Below, one piece after another: positions 24,158-36,466 of a DNA stretch of 64,000 nt. Numbering within the stretch: the first letter of the stretch is position 1; every line of letters starts with the position of its first letter. The notes beneath the pieces are model-generated. The model saw only the letters and a list, made by a program, of their open reading frames with translations. It ran no database searches and had not been told where the DNA came from. Source of the DNA: Octopus sinensis (lineage: Eukaryota). The position numbers were made by a program, and so were the translations under genes. The stretch lies in contig NC_043022.1 in assembly GCF_006345805.1 (NCBI RefSeq), forward strand, positions 6,262,001 to 6,326,000, read 5' to 3'.

Positions 24158-27100
24158 ATGGCAAATCTTAGAATCGGTTGCTTGAATGTGAGAGGCCTCG
24201 GGTCACCTTGGAAACAGGGTCACCTGTTAAACGACCTGAGGTTTCATGATGTGGATGTAGCAGCCATCAGTGAAACCAGGCTCTCCGACCCGCAGGAACT
24301 CGCAGCCCTTTTCGGCGGATACGAGATATTTCTATCTCCGTGTCGGCCGGGAGCGGCGGTGGTGGTACTGCGGTGTTGTTTCGGAAGGGCCTGGACCTGA
24401 AAATAAGGACAGTCTTCTTGGATCCGGAAGGTAAGTTGGTGGTCCTCGACGTCGACGGTAGTGACAGCGGTGCTTTCAGACTGCTGGCTGCCTACGCTCC
24501 GACAGGAGCAGGGCAGTCGGATTATTTCAAACGTCTGGAAGTTTTCCTGGGAACGTCACGCACTCTAGTACTAGTTGGGGATTGGAATGCTGTCTTAGAC
24601 GAACGTTTCGATCGGGTGGGCAGGGGAGCGTCTGTTAGGAGAGGGGGAGGGTGCAAGAGCCTCGCCAACCTACTCGGCCGCTTTCAGCTGTCCGACAGGT
24701 TTCGACTAGACAACCCGAATGTGCCAATGTGGACTTGGACAAACCGCATCGGGTCGTCTAGATCGTACTTAGATAGAGTGTTTTGTAGGCCAGCGGATAA
24801 GGACAGCGTAGGGTGTCCACATTCCACCTAGTCGAATATACGGACCACAAATTAGTGATCTGTACGGTCGACTTAGATAGGCTACATAGACAGGGACCCG
24901 GCTACTGGAAGCTGAACGCGTCGTTAACGGCGTGCAAAGCTTACAGAGACCGGATTAGTTTACTAGTTAAGCGGGCGCTCACGGGGGCAATCATCAACAA
25001 CAACTGGTGGTTTGCCCTCAAGAGAGCAATTAGAGTAGAGTCGATTAGGTATAGTAAGACTCTAGCTATTGAACGTAGGAAGAGAGAGCGGGATTTAGTT
25101 AAGAAACTAGACGAGGCTCTTGACACTGGCATCGCGACCGACGTGTTGGCGGCAAGGTTGGCCCTCGACCAACACTTCGACGCCAAACACGAAGGCTGCG
25201 TTGTCAGAGCTAAGGCACGTTCGCTAAGCGGGGAGGGGACTAGAGCCGCTCGATGGGCCCGCGTGGCGGAGGCGAAGCGAGGCAACAGAGCAACCATTCG
25301 GTCTTTGGTGGACCAGAACGGGCGCGAGGTTACCCAACCGAAGCAGATGTGTACGGTGCTTCAGCGGCACTTTGCTCAACTGTTTGGGACGAGCGGTGGA
25401 ACGGACACCAACGGTACAGACTTCGGTGTGTACCTGGACGGACTGCCGCAACTCTCGGACAGCGAGGCAGAGTGCTGCGAAGGACCGATATCTGCCTGGG
25501 AAGTACAGGAAGCGATGAAGAGTTGCACGAGAGGTAGATCGCCGGGTTTGGATGGTCTGCCCTACGAGCTTTACTTTTCAATGCCAGACTTGTTTGCGGA
25601 CCTGTTGGCAAACGTCTACTGCAACTGGCAGCAAAACGGGAGAATTCCTGCTTTTGTCTGTCGAGGGGTGGTGGCTTTGCTAAAAGACCCACCCAACAAG
25701 GGGGACGTTATAGGGAATTTCCGGCCCATCACTCTGCTCAATGCAGAGTTGAAGATTTTGGCCAAGGTGCTAGCCAAGAGATTGGCGCTTGTCATGGACA
25801 AGCTGGTCGGCGGGACGCAGACATGCGCCGTGCCGACCAGGTCGATACACGACAACCTCCATCTCATGCGCTACATCATAGAGAGGGTGGGTAACGACGC
25901 TGGCGCGGGTGGGGCTTTGATCAACTTGGATCAGAGTAAAGCCTTCGATAGGGTCGACCATCGGTACCTGGCAGCTGTCCTCAAGGCAGCCGGCTTCGGT
26001 CCAGTCTTCCGCGGGTGGATCGCTGCTTTATACAGCAACATCTGCTCGGTGATACGGGTGAACGGTCACCTTTCGGAACCGTTCGACATCTCGCGTTCGG
26101 TCCGCCAAGGATGCCCTCTCTCCTCCCTCTTGTACATTTTGACTCTCGAGCCATTACTGCGCAAGTTGGAGGCTTTGAGGGGCATCCCGCGCGATCTAGG
26201 AGGCGGAAACAGCGTGTCTGCTTATGCCGACGACGTCACCGTGGTGGTGTCGAGCCACAGGCACATTGGCCTGATTGGCGAGACGCTAAACCAGTACGAA
26301 GCGGTGACAGGGGCAAAGATTAACGCGGAAAAGTCTGTGGGCTTGCAACTGGGCACCTGGAGAGGCAAGCCCATGCCGTCCAACAGCGTCGTAGGGCGCT
26401 GGACAGACGGACCCGTTAAACTGCTCGGGGTCTGGTTCGGTCCGGACCTCCAGGTGGATAAGAACTGGGAAGAGGTGACGAGCAGGGTGGCACGTCTCAC
26501 CCAGAAATGGGCCGAGAGGAAGCTGTCCCTGAAAGGTCGAGCGGAGGTGGCGAATGCGTACATCGCATCCGTCATCTATTACCGCTTGACCGTCGTCCCT
26601 TGTCCCGACCGCTGGTTGGCCAAGCTGGTACGCCTGCTCTTCGACTTTTTGTGGAAGGGTCAGGTGCCACTGGTCAGGCGATCCATCTGCTGTCAACGAC
26701 CGCTGAACGGAGGCCTTGGAATGCCGTGGTTGCTGTTGCGCAGACATGCGCTCAGGCTGCGGCATCTCAAGCGCTTCCTAGACGGTGAACAGGTGTGGTC
26801 GTCTTTTGTCAGACGCGATTTTCCGCAGCTCGTCTCTTTGACGGAGCTGCAGACCTGGATCAAACGTAGACCGAGAAAGGGCGCTTGGCACCTCGAGTGC
26901 CGTCAAGCCCTCTCCGCCCGCCACCAGGCGGGCAATGCGGTCGGTTACAGCTCCACTCTAGCGTTCTATAGAGGGTTAGTGGAGGAAAAATGCGACGACG
27001 TTCTCGGGGAAACTCTAGGCGTTGAAGACGACGAACTGAGCGGTCTGTTCGTGAGGACTTTCGGGCCGGGGCCGATGGATAATTTCCAGAGGTCTCTCGC

Positions 27101-27590
27101 CTGGCAGTGCTACCGAGGGGCTCTGCCTGTTCGAGATAAACTCTACCGGCACGGAAGTGCCGTCAGCCGGGCCTGCCCGAGGTGTTGCCAGGACGACGAA
27201 ACCGTTCTGCACGCACTCGTCCAGTGCCCGAGTATTGCTGAAATATGGGTTTATGTCGAACAGCTACTGTCACGTGTAGGACGGATCCGACTATCGGCCG
27301 AATCCATAGTGAAGATTGCCCCGCCGACCTCCTTTAACAAGGAGGGCGAGGCCGTTTTCTTGTGCCTTGTGGCTGTGGCGAAAGAAGTCGTGTGGTGGAC
27401 TCGTTTGAAAGGGCTAAAGTCAGACACTTTCCTCTTTGGTCAAGGCCTCATCAACTTTTTCAAGTTTCACTTGAAAAGGAAGATGAGGTTAGAGAGGAAA
27501 GTGCTGTCCGATAGCAAGTTTTATGAAAGGTGGGTGAATTGTGCGAGACTGGCCTGTATAAATGGACCAGTTCTCAGGTTTCGCCTGTGA
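24158..27590 (+). CDS. ORF2: APE endonuclease + reverse transcriptase + CCHC; two 1-nt frameshifts in the endonuclease (about 24352 and 24817)
   Basis: LNVRGL, SETR, AYAP, GDWN, YLDR, TDHK (APE); NFRPITLLN, DQSKAFDRV, QGCPLS, YADD (RT); CPRC..ETVLHALVQC. Confidence 0.95.
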
Positions 27591-27910
27591 TTTCAAAGAA
27601 AAAGGTAATGTAAAAGGAGAAGAAAGGGGACTTTCTACACCCCCTTTTTTTGACCAGGCTCCCGTTGGCTTTTGTAGGGTTTTTTCCACCAGGAACCTTT
27701 CGAGACGTCTCCCCCTTTTGGGAGTTTTTCATTGTTTTAATAATCATTGTTTTAAAGTTTTTTACACGGATTTTTTAACAAACGAACAAAACCCTTTGTA
27801 ACCTTTCGTCCTGTCTTGTCCCTTTATGTAATCATGCGTGTCAGCCCTTGTGGCCAATAAAAAAGAATTGATTATTATTATTATTATTATTATTATTATC
27901 ATCATCATTA

Positions 27911-28127
27911 AAGGCAGTGTGAGTTGGCAGAATCGTTAGCAAGGTGGGTGAAATGCTTAGCAGTATTTTGTCTGCCGCTAAATTCTGAGTTCAGATTCTG
28001 CCAAGGTCAACTTTGCCTTTCATCCTTTTGGGGGGGTCAATTAAATAAGTACCAGTTATGTACTAGGGTCAATGTAATCAACTTAATCCCCTCCCCCAAG
28101 CTGTCCTTATGGCAAAAATTTGAAACC
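27911..28127 (+). mobile_element. Meta-like SINE, short tail
   Basis: between (ATT/ATC)n arrays. Confidence 0.85.
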
Positions 28128-28155
28128 ATTATTATTATTATTATTATTATTACTG

Positions 28156-28370
28156 AAGGTGGCAAGCTGGCAGAACCGTTAGCCTGCCAGGCATAATGCT
28201 TAGCAGCATTTCGTCTCTGTCTTTACATTCTGAGTTCAAACTCACCAAGGCCAACTTTGCCTTTTACCCTTCTGGGGTCAAAATTATAAGTACCAGTTGA
28301 ATACTGGGAGTCAATGTAATCAATTTATCCCCTCGCCCTGAAATTGCTGGCCTTGTGCCAAAATTTGATT
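28156..28370 (+). mobile_element. Meta-like SINE, short tail
   Basis: follows (ATT)n. Confidence 0.85.
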
Positions 28371-29818
28371 TGAAATTAATTTTATGATTTGTTTCCCATC
28401 CCAATGATAGCCTCTACATCACCTCACAAGTTAACACACAACACTTATTTTTCCTTATATCTAATGTCTTCAGCTCTGAAGACTATTACCATCCAACCAT
28501 TTCTAACCCCTTCCCCCCCCACCACCACTCCATGGCATGGCACAGTCACCTGACATTCTTTTCTAAAACCCAAAAACTGAAGACAAGAAAATGCTTTTAT
28601 AAGAATTGTCTTCATTTCTTTCAGCAAAAACTTTCAAAAAAAAGAATCTGTGATGTTCCTCTGTAAACATCAATGAAAACGTTCAGTAAAAGAAATGAGA
28701 AATTGTCAGTAAATTACCAAAGGGAAGGGATCAAACCGACAGCTGAACTTCTAGGTAGTTGGCATACTTGCTAGAAATAGCAGCTAACTCTCCCTCAAAC
28801 TGCATGTTGCCATTTTCGAAATTTAAAGACACAATCGATGAAGTAGTAACAGATATTCAAAGAGAGAAAATTGCTTCAACAGATGGAATGACTGATTATA
28901 AGTTAGCCACATCAAGAATAGCCTAGGGTTAAACTACAACAAGAGGTCGTGATAATAACACCAGAGATCAATGGAAATGAGGTGTTATTAACGATCGATA
29001 AACTGTAATGCACCTGAACATTGTATAGGATAAGCACATTATTATTATCATTATTATTATTATCATCATTATCATTATTATTATCATTATTATCAAGTGA
29101 GGGAGCAGAGCATACCATCCAAGTGACACTGAGGTACAAATAGACGAAGCCCAGTCTACCCATCACGACAATCCGTCTGATAAGGGTACACCAGACACAT
29201 GCATCACAACCATATGTGCGCAACATGGGTAACTCATATCAAGATAAACAGTGCATGACCTTGAAGGTGGGGCCCAGTTAGAATATTCTTCAGGTCAAGT
29301 AGCCCATCCTGCTCAATGGTCCCTGAATAAGAGTTGTTTAAGGATAATGAATGAAGCACCTGTGTTTCCACAGGTGAATTATTCAAACCCCAAAGAATTC
29401 CTCTCAACACATGGCTATGATACTCACCCACTACTTCTGCTCATGATCAGAGATGCACATATCATCAGCCATGAAGGGACATGCTCGACTGGTTAAGGTC
29501 AAACAACTGACAAGCAAATCTGTGGAATAACTGCCAGGCTTAAACGTAAAGCATTGCGGACAATTCATTTGACTAAAAATTCTGCTAGGCAGTGCTCCAG
29601 CATGGCCACAGTCTCAAACAAGTAAAAAATAAAGATGAAACAAATATTCATCTGAGGGCTTAAGATCTTCGTTTGAGATGAGTTTGGACAAACGATTTCA
29701 TTTGTTCTCCCTGTCTTTAAGAATTTTTAATTAGAAAGGTGTTAATTTGGGTAATTATAAGTGTGGGGAGTGTATCTGCACATGCGTGTGTGCATGTAGT
29801 TGTTTATGTGTGTATATG

Positions 29819-29859
<41 letters not shown>

Positions 29860-30065
29860 TGCTTCGATGTATGCAAACATGTGAATGTGTATGAAATAGA
29901 AAAAGGAAAGATCACAGAAGAACAAGAGAAGATGTGTGTAGGTGTGTGTCAGTATGTGTGTGTACAAGATGTGTGTGTGAACAAGATGTGTGTGTGTATG
30001 TGTGTGTGTGTGTGAATGATCACACACATCAAATAACTGCATAGACATACACTTACTCTAAAGGA

Positions 30066-30392
30066 TAAAGACCTCCTTCGGTCATGAATGACCATGGGTT
30101 TGCACCGACAAAGTTGCCCTGCGAGGCACAAGTCTGGGCAAGTTTGTTTATGGAAGACCAGTAGTGACCCATGCACACCACCCTCCCCTCTCCTCACCAC
30201 TGATGTTACCCAAGGGAAAGGCAAAGGGGCCAATACAGCTTGACCCTAGTGTCATCGCAGCTCATTCCTAGAGATGGGTGAACTGGAGCAACATTAAATA
30301 AAGTGTCTTGCTCAAGTATACAACACACAACCCGGTTGGGAATTGAACTCCATACCTCATGATTGTAAAGCCGACGCTCTAACCACTGAATC
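30066..30392 (-). mobile_element. SINE family D
   Basis: colinear with 958-1282. Confidence 0.75.
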
Positions 30393-30499
30393 ATATAAAT
30401 ACAGTATGAGTAAATGCTTAAGATTTTACGCACACACATACAGCAATGTGAGAATGAAATGGACTATATGTACACACATGTGTACATATACAATTCACA

Positions 30500-30652
30500 C
30501 ACATACGACAGGCTTCTTCCAGTTTCCATCTTCCAAATCCACTCGCAAGGCTTTGGTCAGCCCAAGGCTATTGTAGAAGTCATTTGTCCAAGGTGCCATG
30601 CAGTGGGACTGAACCCAGAACCATGTGGTTGAGAAGCAAGCTTCTTACCACC
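30500..30652 (-). mobile_element. SINE family A 5' half
   Basis: head and CORE-like body only. Confidence 0.8.
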
Positions 30653-30807
30653 CATATGGATGTGCATAAATGTTTATATGTATGTGTGTATGTATATACA
30701 TATATGTACACGGACTTGCAGATAAATTGAGACTATTTTTACGATGCATAAAACTGGCTATAAATACTAAAATAATGGAAGTAGACAAATATAATTTTAA
30801 TGTAACA

Positions 30808-31168
30808 TCTCTCTCTCTATAAACGGCAGTTTGTCTGTCAGGTTGTACCCTCACCCTGACCACGGCTTTCAACCGATTCTGATGAAACTTGACACACACA
30901 TAGCCCAATGTCATAATTCAAAACTAACGCAGCGAAAATTTTGAAAAGTTACCCCAGTTCTGAAAAAAATCGATAAATTCGACATGGGGTTGAGAATCAG
31001 AAAAACAAACCACAGACTGTCTAGGGGGCGCAACTCGACCTTTTTAACTCAAAAAAAAATTTACCATAATTTTTTTTCCATTTTTTTGCTGTTTTTTGAC
31101 TATAACTCTAAAAATGCTTTATAGTTATTTCCCTTACAAACCCGAGCAACGCCGGGTGATACTGCTAG
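30808..31168 (+). mobile_element. non-autonomous Helitron
   Basis: A|TC start; 3' ~110 bp near-identical to 3729-4113 including hairpin and CTAG|T. Confidence 0.85.
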
Positions 31169-31309
31169 TTTATTATACAAAAACATTTGTCACTCAATAT
31201 GGCTGCACCTACACACATCTTCTCTTGTTTTGCAATTACTGCCTCCACACGAGAATGGAATCTTATTTGTTGCTGCCACAACCTCTGCCTTTTTGATTTT
31301 GCCTGTCAC

Positions 31310-32000
31310 ACACATGACGCAGGTTTTCAAACTGTTGGCACTCGAGTTTGGTGAAGCGTTGTTCCTTGCTTGAAGTATGTCTCGAGAACGTTGAGATCTG
31401 GGCTATTACTGGGCCAGACGTTGGCCCTCACAAAAAAATGGCACCTCACCAAGGAAGGCCTGGGCTGCTTTTGACCCATGGTATGGTGCAGAATCCCGGA
31501 TAAGCACCACTTTGTCAAGGACAAACTTCTGCTTCATCTAAGGTAACAGAAATTTCTTCAGGAAGTCCAGATACTCCTTTGAGCCAGACTCAAGGAAGTG
31601 TAGATCCATGACATTTCCATCATCACCACGGCTCCAGATACCATGACAGAGGCAGGATCTTAGTCTCAAACACAGGGGGAACATCAGAAGGGCTGTATGC
31701 AATCACTTTAGAATTTCTCTAATTCACCTCAGCATCCACAGTGGACTTCTTCTCATCCACAATCACAAGAGTTTTTCTGTACCTTGATGCTTGATGAATG
31801 ACAGAAGTTTTGGGTATCTCTCAGCTCTGATTGCTTTGGCTTTGGTGATTAGGGGACAGCTTTGGACATGGCTAGTCATGCCAAGGTTCCTGTTCACAGC
31901 TCAAAACATTGTGGAAAGGGGCAGATTGTGTTAACACTTGGAATCACTTTGAATCTTGTGTTCTTTTCGATTAATCTTCCCCCTTTTTTTTTAATTGTTT
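31310..32000 (-). pseudogene. decayed Tc1/mariner transposase, maT (DD37D)-like
   Basis: DEKKSTV, PASVMV, DSAPYHGSK and WPSNSPDLNVLE motifs across frameshifts. Confidence 0.75.
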
Positions 32001-32514
32001 ATACGCACAATAAACTCTGTTGCTTTTGGAAGTTTTGTCAACTTAACAATTTTATTGGCAGTGTGCCCAGCGCATGCCAAAACAACAATGGTGGAATGGT
32101 TCTGTTGTTCCATGACATTCTGTTGTCAAATCAGTTTGCTATTTACCTAAAAAAAATAAAGAGGAGGATTAGGTTTTCAAGCAAGCAAGGTTTTGTCAAA
32201 AAATGAAATGTTAAACCCACCTAAGTCAACTGCTTAAAGTTGGTCTCAGTTTATCTGCAAGACCCTGTGCAATCTGTACATGTGTGTGTCTACTCTGTGA
32301 AGAAAAGTTCTTGAAAAAGAATCCCAAGCAAACTGCCTTGAATCTAATCTAAAAAAACAATTAAGATGCTTTTTATGTGGAATAAAAATAAGAAAATAAT
32401 AATGCATACACTGCTCAGGTGCACCACAACTCATCAGAAAAAGTATTGAAAAGTGCACAAAGTGTGCATAGAATAATGCACAGGAAGTGAACAGTGAATG
32501 AGTTGCTTAGAAGA

Positions 32515-32810
32515 AAATGGAAACGAGTGGGAGGATCAATCTGGTGTAGGGATGGTGAATTTCAGGAAGGATGGGAGCTTGGAAGGATGCAGTGTCCTGA
32601 CAGCAAGCAACTGATGTGGATAGTTTATTCCATGCTTCAGCAATTCTGAGTGCAAGAAAAATGTTTCCAAAAGTCACGGGTGCTATGCTGTTGCGTGTCT
32701 ATTTTATAAGCATGTCCATGGGTGATAGATGTATGGAAATCAAAAAGGTATCCAACATTTATTTGTTATTAGTAGAATTGTGATATTTATAACTAGTGTT
32801 AGAATAATAG
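32515..32810 (-). mobile_element. CR1-group LINE 3' remnant
   Basis: HGHAYK...KHF...RIAEAWNKL across a frameshift. Confidence 0.6.
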
Positions 32811-32831
32811 TAAGAATTAATATATATATTG

Positions 32832-33238
32832 TAGGCGCAGGAGTGGCTGTGTGGTAAGTAGCTTGTTTACCAACCACATGGTTCCAGGTTCAGTCCCACT
32901 GCATGGCACCTTGGGCGAGTGTCTTCTACTATAGCCTCGGGCCGACCAAAGCTTTGTGAGTGGATTTGGTAGACGGAAACTGAAAGAAGCCCGTCGTATA
33001 TATGTATATATATATGCGTGTGTGTGTATGTGTTTGTCCCCCTAGCATTGCTTGACAACCGATGCTGGTGTGTTTATGTGCCCGTTACTTAGCGGTTTGG
33101 CAAAAGAGACCGATAGAATAAGTACTGGGCTTACAAAAGAATAAATCCCGGGGTCGAGTTGCTCGATTAAAGGCGGTGCTCCAGCATGGCCGCAGTCAAA
33201 TGAATGAAACAAGTAAAAGAGTAAAAAGAGTAAAGAGT
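32832..33238 (+). mobile_element. SINE family A
   Basis: full-length colinear copy. Confidence 0.9.
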
Positions 33239-33474
33239 AATAGAGTGGTCAGGAAAAAAACAAAAGTTGTTCTATAAGGGGTGAGTTTGTGTCTTGAAAT
33301 TCTAATTGTCCTCATTGGGTCATAATATATTAAATTAAATAAATAGGGCTCCTGTTTCTATTTGATTGTGAAAATCAACTGGAAAATTTTTATCTCCTTC
33401 TAAAGATGTGTTTAAGTGATTTGATCAAATGACTGTTTGTTGAGAGATTAATCTTTCTCATACAATAAATATAA

Positions 33475-33930
33475 TCGAAAATGTAATCGAAATCGGAATC
33501 GAAATTGAACCAATCCTATGACTGGCACCCGGCAGATGCCAGGACTGGAGATACGTAAAAAGCACTATCCGAATCGTGGCCGATGCCAGCCCCACCTCGA
33601 CTGGCTTCCGTGTCGGTGGCACGTAAAAAGCACCATCCGAATCGTGGCCGAAGCCAGTGCCGCCTCGACTGGCTTCCGTGCAGGTGGCACGTAAAATGCA
33701 CCAATCCGACCGTGGCCGATGCCAGCCTCGCCTGGCACCAGTGCAGGTGGCACGTAAAAAGCACCCACTACACTCACGGAGTGGTTGGCGTTAGGAAGGG
33801 CATCCAGCTGTAGAAACATTGCCAGATAAGACCGGAGCCTAGTGCAGCCTTCTGGCTTCCCAGATCCCCGGTCGAACCGTCCAACCCATGCCAGCATGGA
33901 GAACGGACGTTAAATGATGATGATGATGTA
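33475..33930 (+). mobile_element. RTE 3' UTR fragment (family E), longest copy
   Basis: four 60-68-bp tandem units, aggaagggcatccagc, (GAT)n tail. Confidence 0.85.
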
Positions 33931-34474
33931 ATTGAGGTTAGTGATGGAAGAGGTTCCTTAGATGAAAGTATATTTCATTTGGTGTAGGAGTCAGGGTCGT
34001 CTGAGTACCATCGTGGTGTACCTGCTAATTTTAAAAATGTGGGAAGAAAGTGATGTTTACTCCAATAAACATGATATAGAAGTGAGATTTAGTATATTGT
34101 TGATTTAAGGATAAACCTGTAATTAGAGGGGGGGGGTCAATGGGTGAATCCTGGAAATAAGGCGAAAAATTTTGTGTGTGCATATGTACGTATGTATGTA
34201 TCTATATATGTGTGTATGAATGTACGTATGCATGTAAATGTGCATGTGTGTGTGTATGTATGTGTGTATGTATATGTGTATGTATATGTATGTATCTGTG
34301 TGTATTTATGTGTATGTATATATATGCATACACATTCATACATGCATACAAACACACACATATGTACATGCATGTATGTGTATATGTGTGCATGTGTTTG
34401 TATGTGTATGAGCGTGTATGGATATGCATGTGTGTGTGTGGTTTTGCATCTCCACGTGTGTATATATATATATA

Positions 34475-34886
34475 TATATTATATTGAGGGTACTACTATT
34501 CGTAGATACCAACACGCTAAGAGGGACCAACGCGGTCAAAACTACTAAAAATAAACAAAACAAAATTTTACCGAATGCAAAACTTGCACTGATGAACATG
34601 AAATGCATATTCTGCATTAAATGCGAAATCCCATGTGATATGTAACTGAATTCTTTTTTAAAATGATGTGTTTTGAAGTTTTGCATTCGGTAAAATTTTG
34701 TTTATTTTTAGTAGTTTTGACCGCATTGGTCCCTCTTAGCGTGTTGGTATCTATGAATAGTAGTACCCTCAATATAATATAAATGAATATTTTCAAAGAG
34801 GAAGAATTTACGGATTTTTTCTCTTACGAGGTTTTTCACGCTGACTACTGATAATTTTTTTTAAAGATTTTATCCTCAATTGTTAA
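34475..34886. mobile_element. foldback element (arms 34475-34585 / 34676-34781) plus extension to 34886
   Basis: arms differ by 2 substitutions and one 5-bp indel; (TA)n flanks. Confidence 0.85.
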
Positions 34887-35031
34887 TATATATATATATA
34901 TATACACATATATACACATATTTGTGCAGGTGAATACACAAGAATATATACAAACATACACTGATGTCTGTACGTGTGCTACGTTTTATCCGTGTATTTA
35001 TGGGTCTCTGCGTGTGTCAATGTTCATACAT

Positions 35032-35270
35032 ACACCGTGCTGGTGGCATTTGAGCATGGTTGATGCCATTTCCGCCTGACTGGCTCCTGTGCTGGTGGCA
35101 CGTGAAATGCACCCATTACACTCTTGGGGTGGTTGGTGTTAGGAAAGGCATCAAGCTGTAGAAACCTTGCCAGATCAGATTGGAGCCTGGTGCAGCCTCC
35201 TGGCTTCCCAGACCCTGGTCGAACCGTCCAACCCATGCTAGCATGGAAAATGGACATTAAATGATGATGG
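35032..35270 (+). mobile_element. RTE 3' UTR fragment (family E)
   Basis: colinear, diverged. Confidence 0.8.
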
Positions 35271-35578
35271 TACATACACACACATGTATATACACACACA
35301 CACACACACACGCACAAAAACACACACAGACACACAGAGACACACACACACACACACCTCCACAAAACGATCATAGAAAGTATGACCCCAAATGAGATTT
35401 GTCCGGCCAGCCTACCCACCAACACACACTCAGTGACACCAGAATGGACAGAGAGCTAAAATTCTTAGAAAACCCCAGGGGGTCCAGCAGGCCAAAGGAA
35501 ATACTTCTTCTTCCCTCCCCCCTCCCCTTTTTTTCTCTTTAGCCTCAGATACAAACGCACACACACACACATACACAG

Positions 35579-35618
<40 letters not shown>

Positions 35619-35904
35619 ATGTTTTCTCTCTCTCTCACTTCCTCCCCACCCACCTCACCCTCTTATACTATCTTGTTCCTCCTCACTACTACGAAACTCT
35701 ATAAAATGACCAAATTCCCCACAAAGGGATTGATTTGATTTGAAAACCCCACTGGAATGGGAGAAAGCGCTAATAATCCGAATGATATGATATATATATG
35801 TAAAAAATGTAATATATAAATAAATATCTATAAATATGAACCATCCGATCTTCTGATTACCTCATTTCTTCTAATATATATATATACGCACACATATGTG
35901 TGTT

Positions 35905-35958
<54 letters not shown>

Positions 35959-35994
35959 CATACATATGTATATATAAATACACATACATATATA

Positions 35995-36170
35995 CATGTA
36001 GGTGCAGGCATGGGTGTGTGGTAAGAAGCTTGCTTCTCAACCACATGTTTCTGGGTTCAGTCCCACTGTGTGGCACCTTGGGCAGGTGTCTTCTGCTATA
36101 GCCTCAGGTCAACCAAAGCCTTGTGAGTGGATTTGGTCAACAGAAACTGAATGAAGCCTGTCGTATATAT
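35995..36170 (+). mobile_element. SINE family A 5' half
   Basis: ends in (TA)n. Confidence 0.8.
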
Positions 36171-36430
36171 ACATACATATATATATATATATATGTCATA
36201 TGTAAACAAGCGTTAGTTTATTTTTGAAGTGCTGAAATGTAGTCCAAGTAGACAGATATATTTTTCAATGCATAAATACTGATAGAACAGAATATATGGA
36301 ATAAAATCGTTTTAGAGCAGGAAAATTTGTAAGCAGGCTGGTTGCTGACAAATTTGTTCTGCTTTAAAAGGATTTTATCCTATATATTCTGTTCTATCAG
36401 TATTTGTGCATTGAAAAATATATCTGTCTA

Positions 36431-36466
<36 letters not shown>

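Larger units (their letters stand above)
23348..27870 (+). mobile_element. Tx1/L1-clade non-LTR retrotransposon, truncated within ORF1, inserted in (ATT)n
   Basis: ORF1 remnant, APE-RT-CCHC ORF2, 280-bp 3' UTR ending aataaaaaagaattg; (ATT)n on both sides. Confidence 0.95.

Noticed and set aside
28620-28670. Strong acceptor tcatttctttcag followed by short frames
   Set aside because: All three frames stop within 17 codons and nothing links it to a gene.
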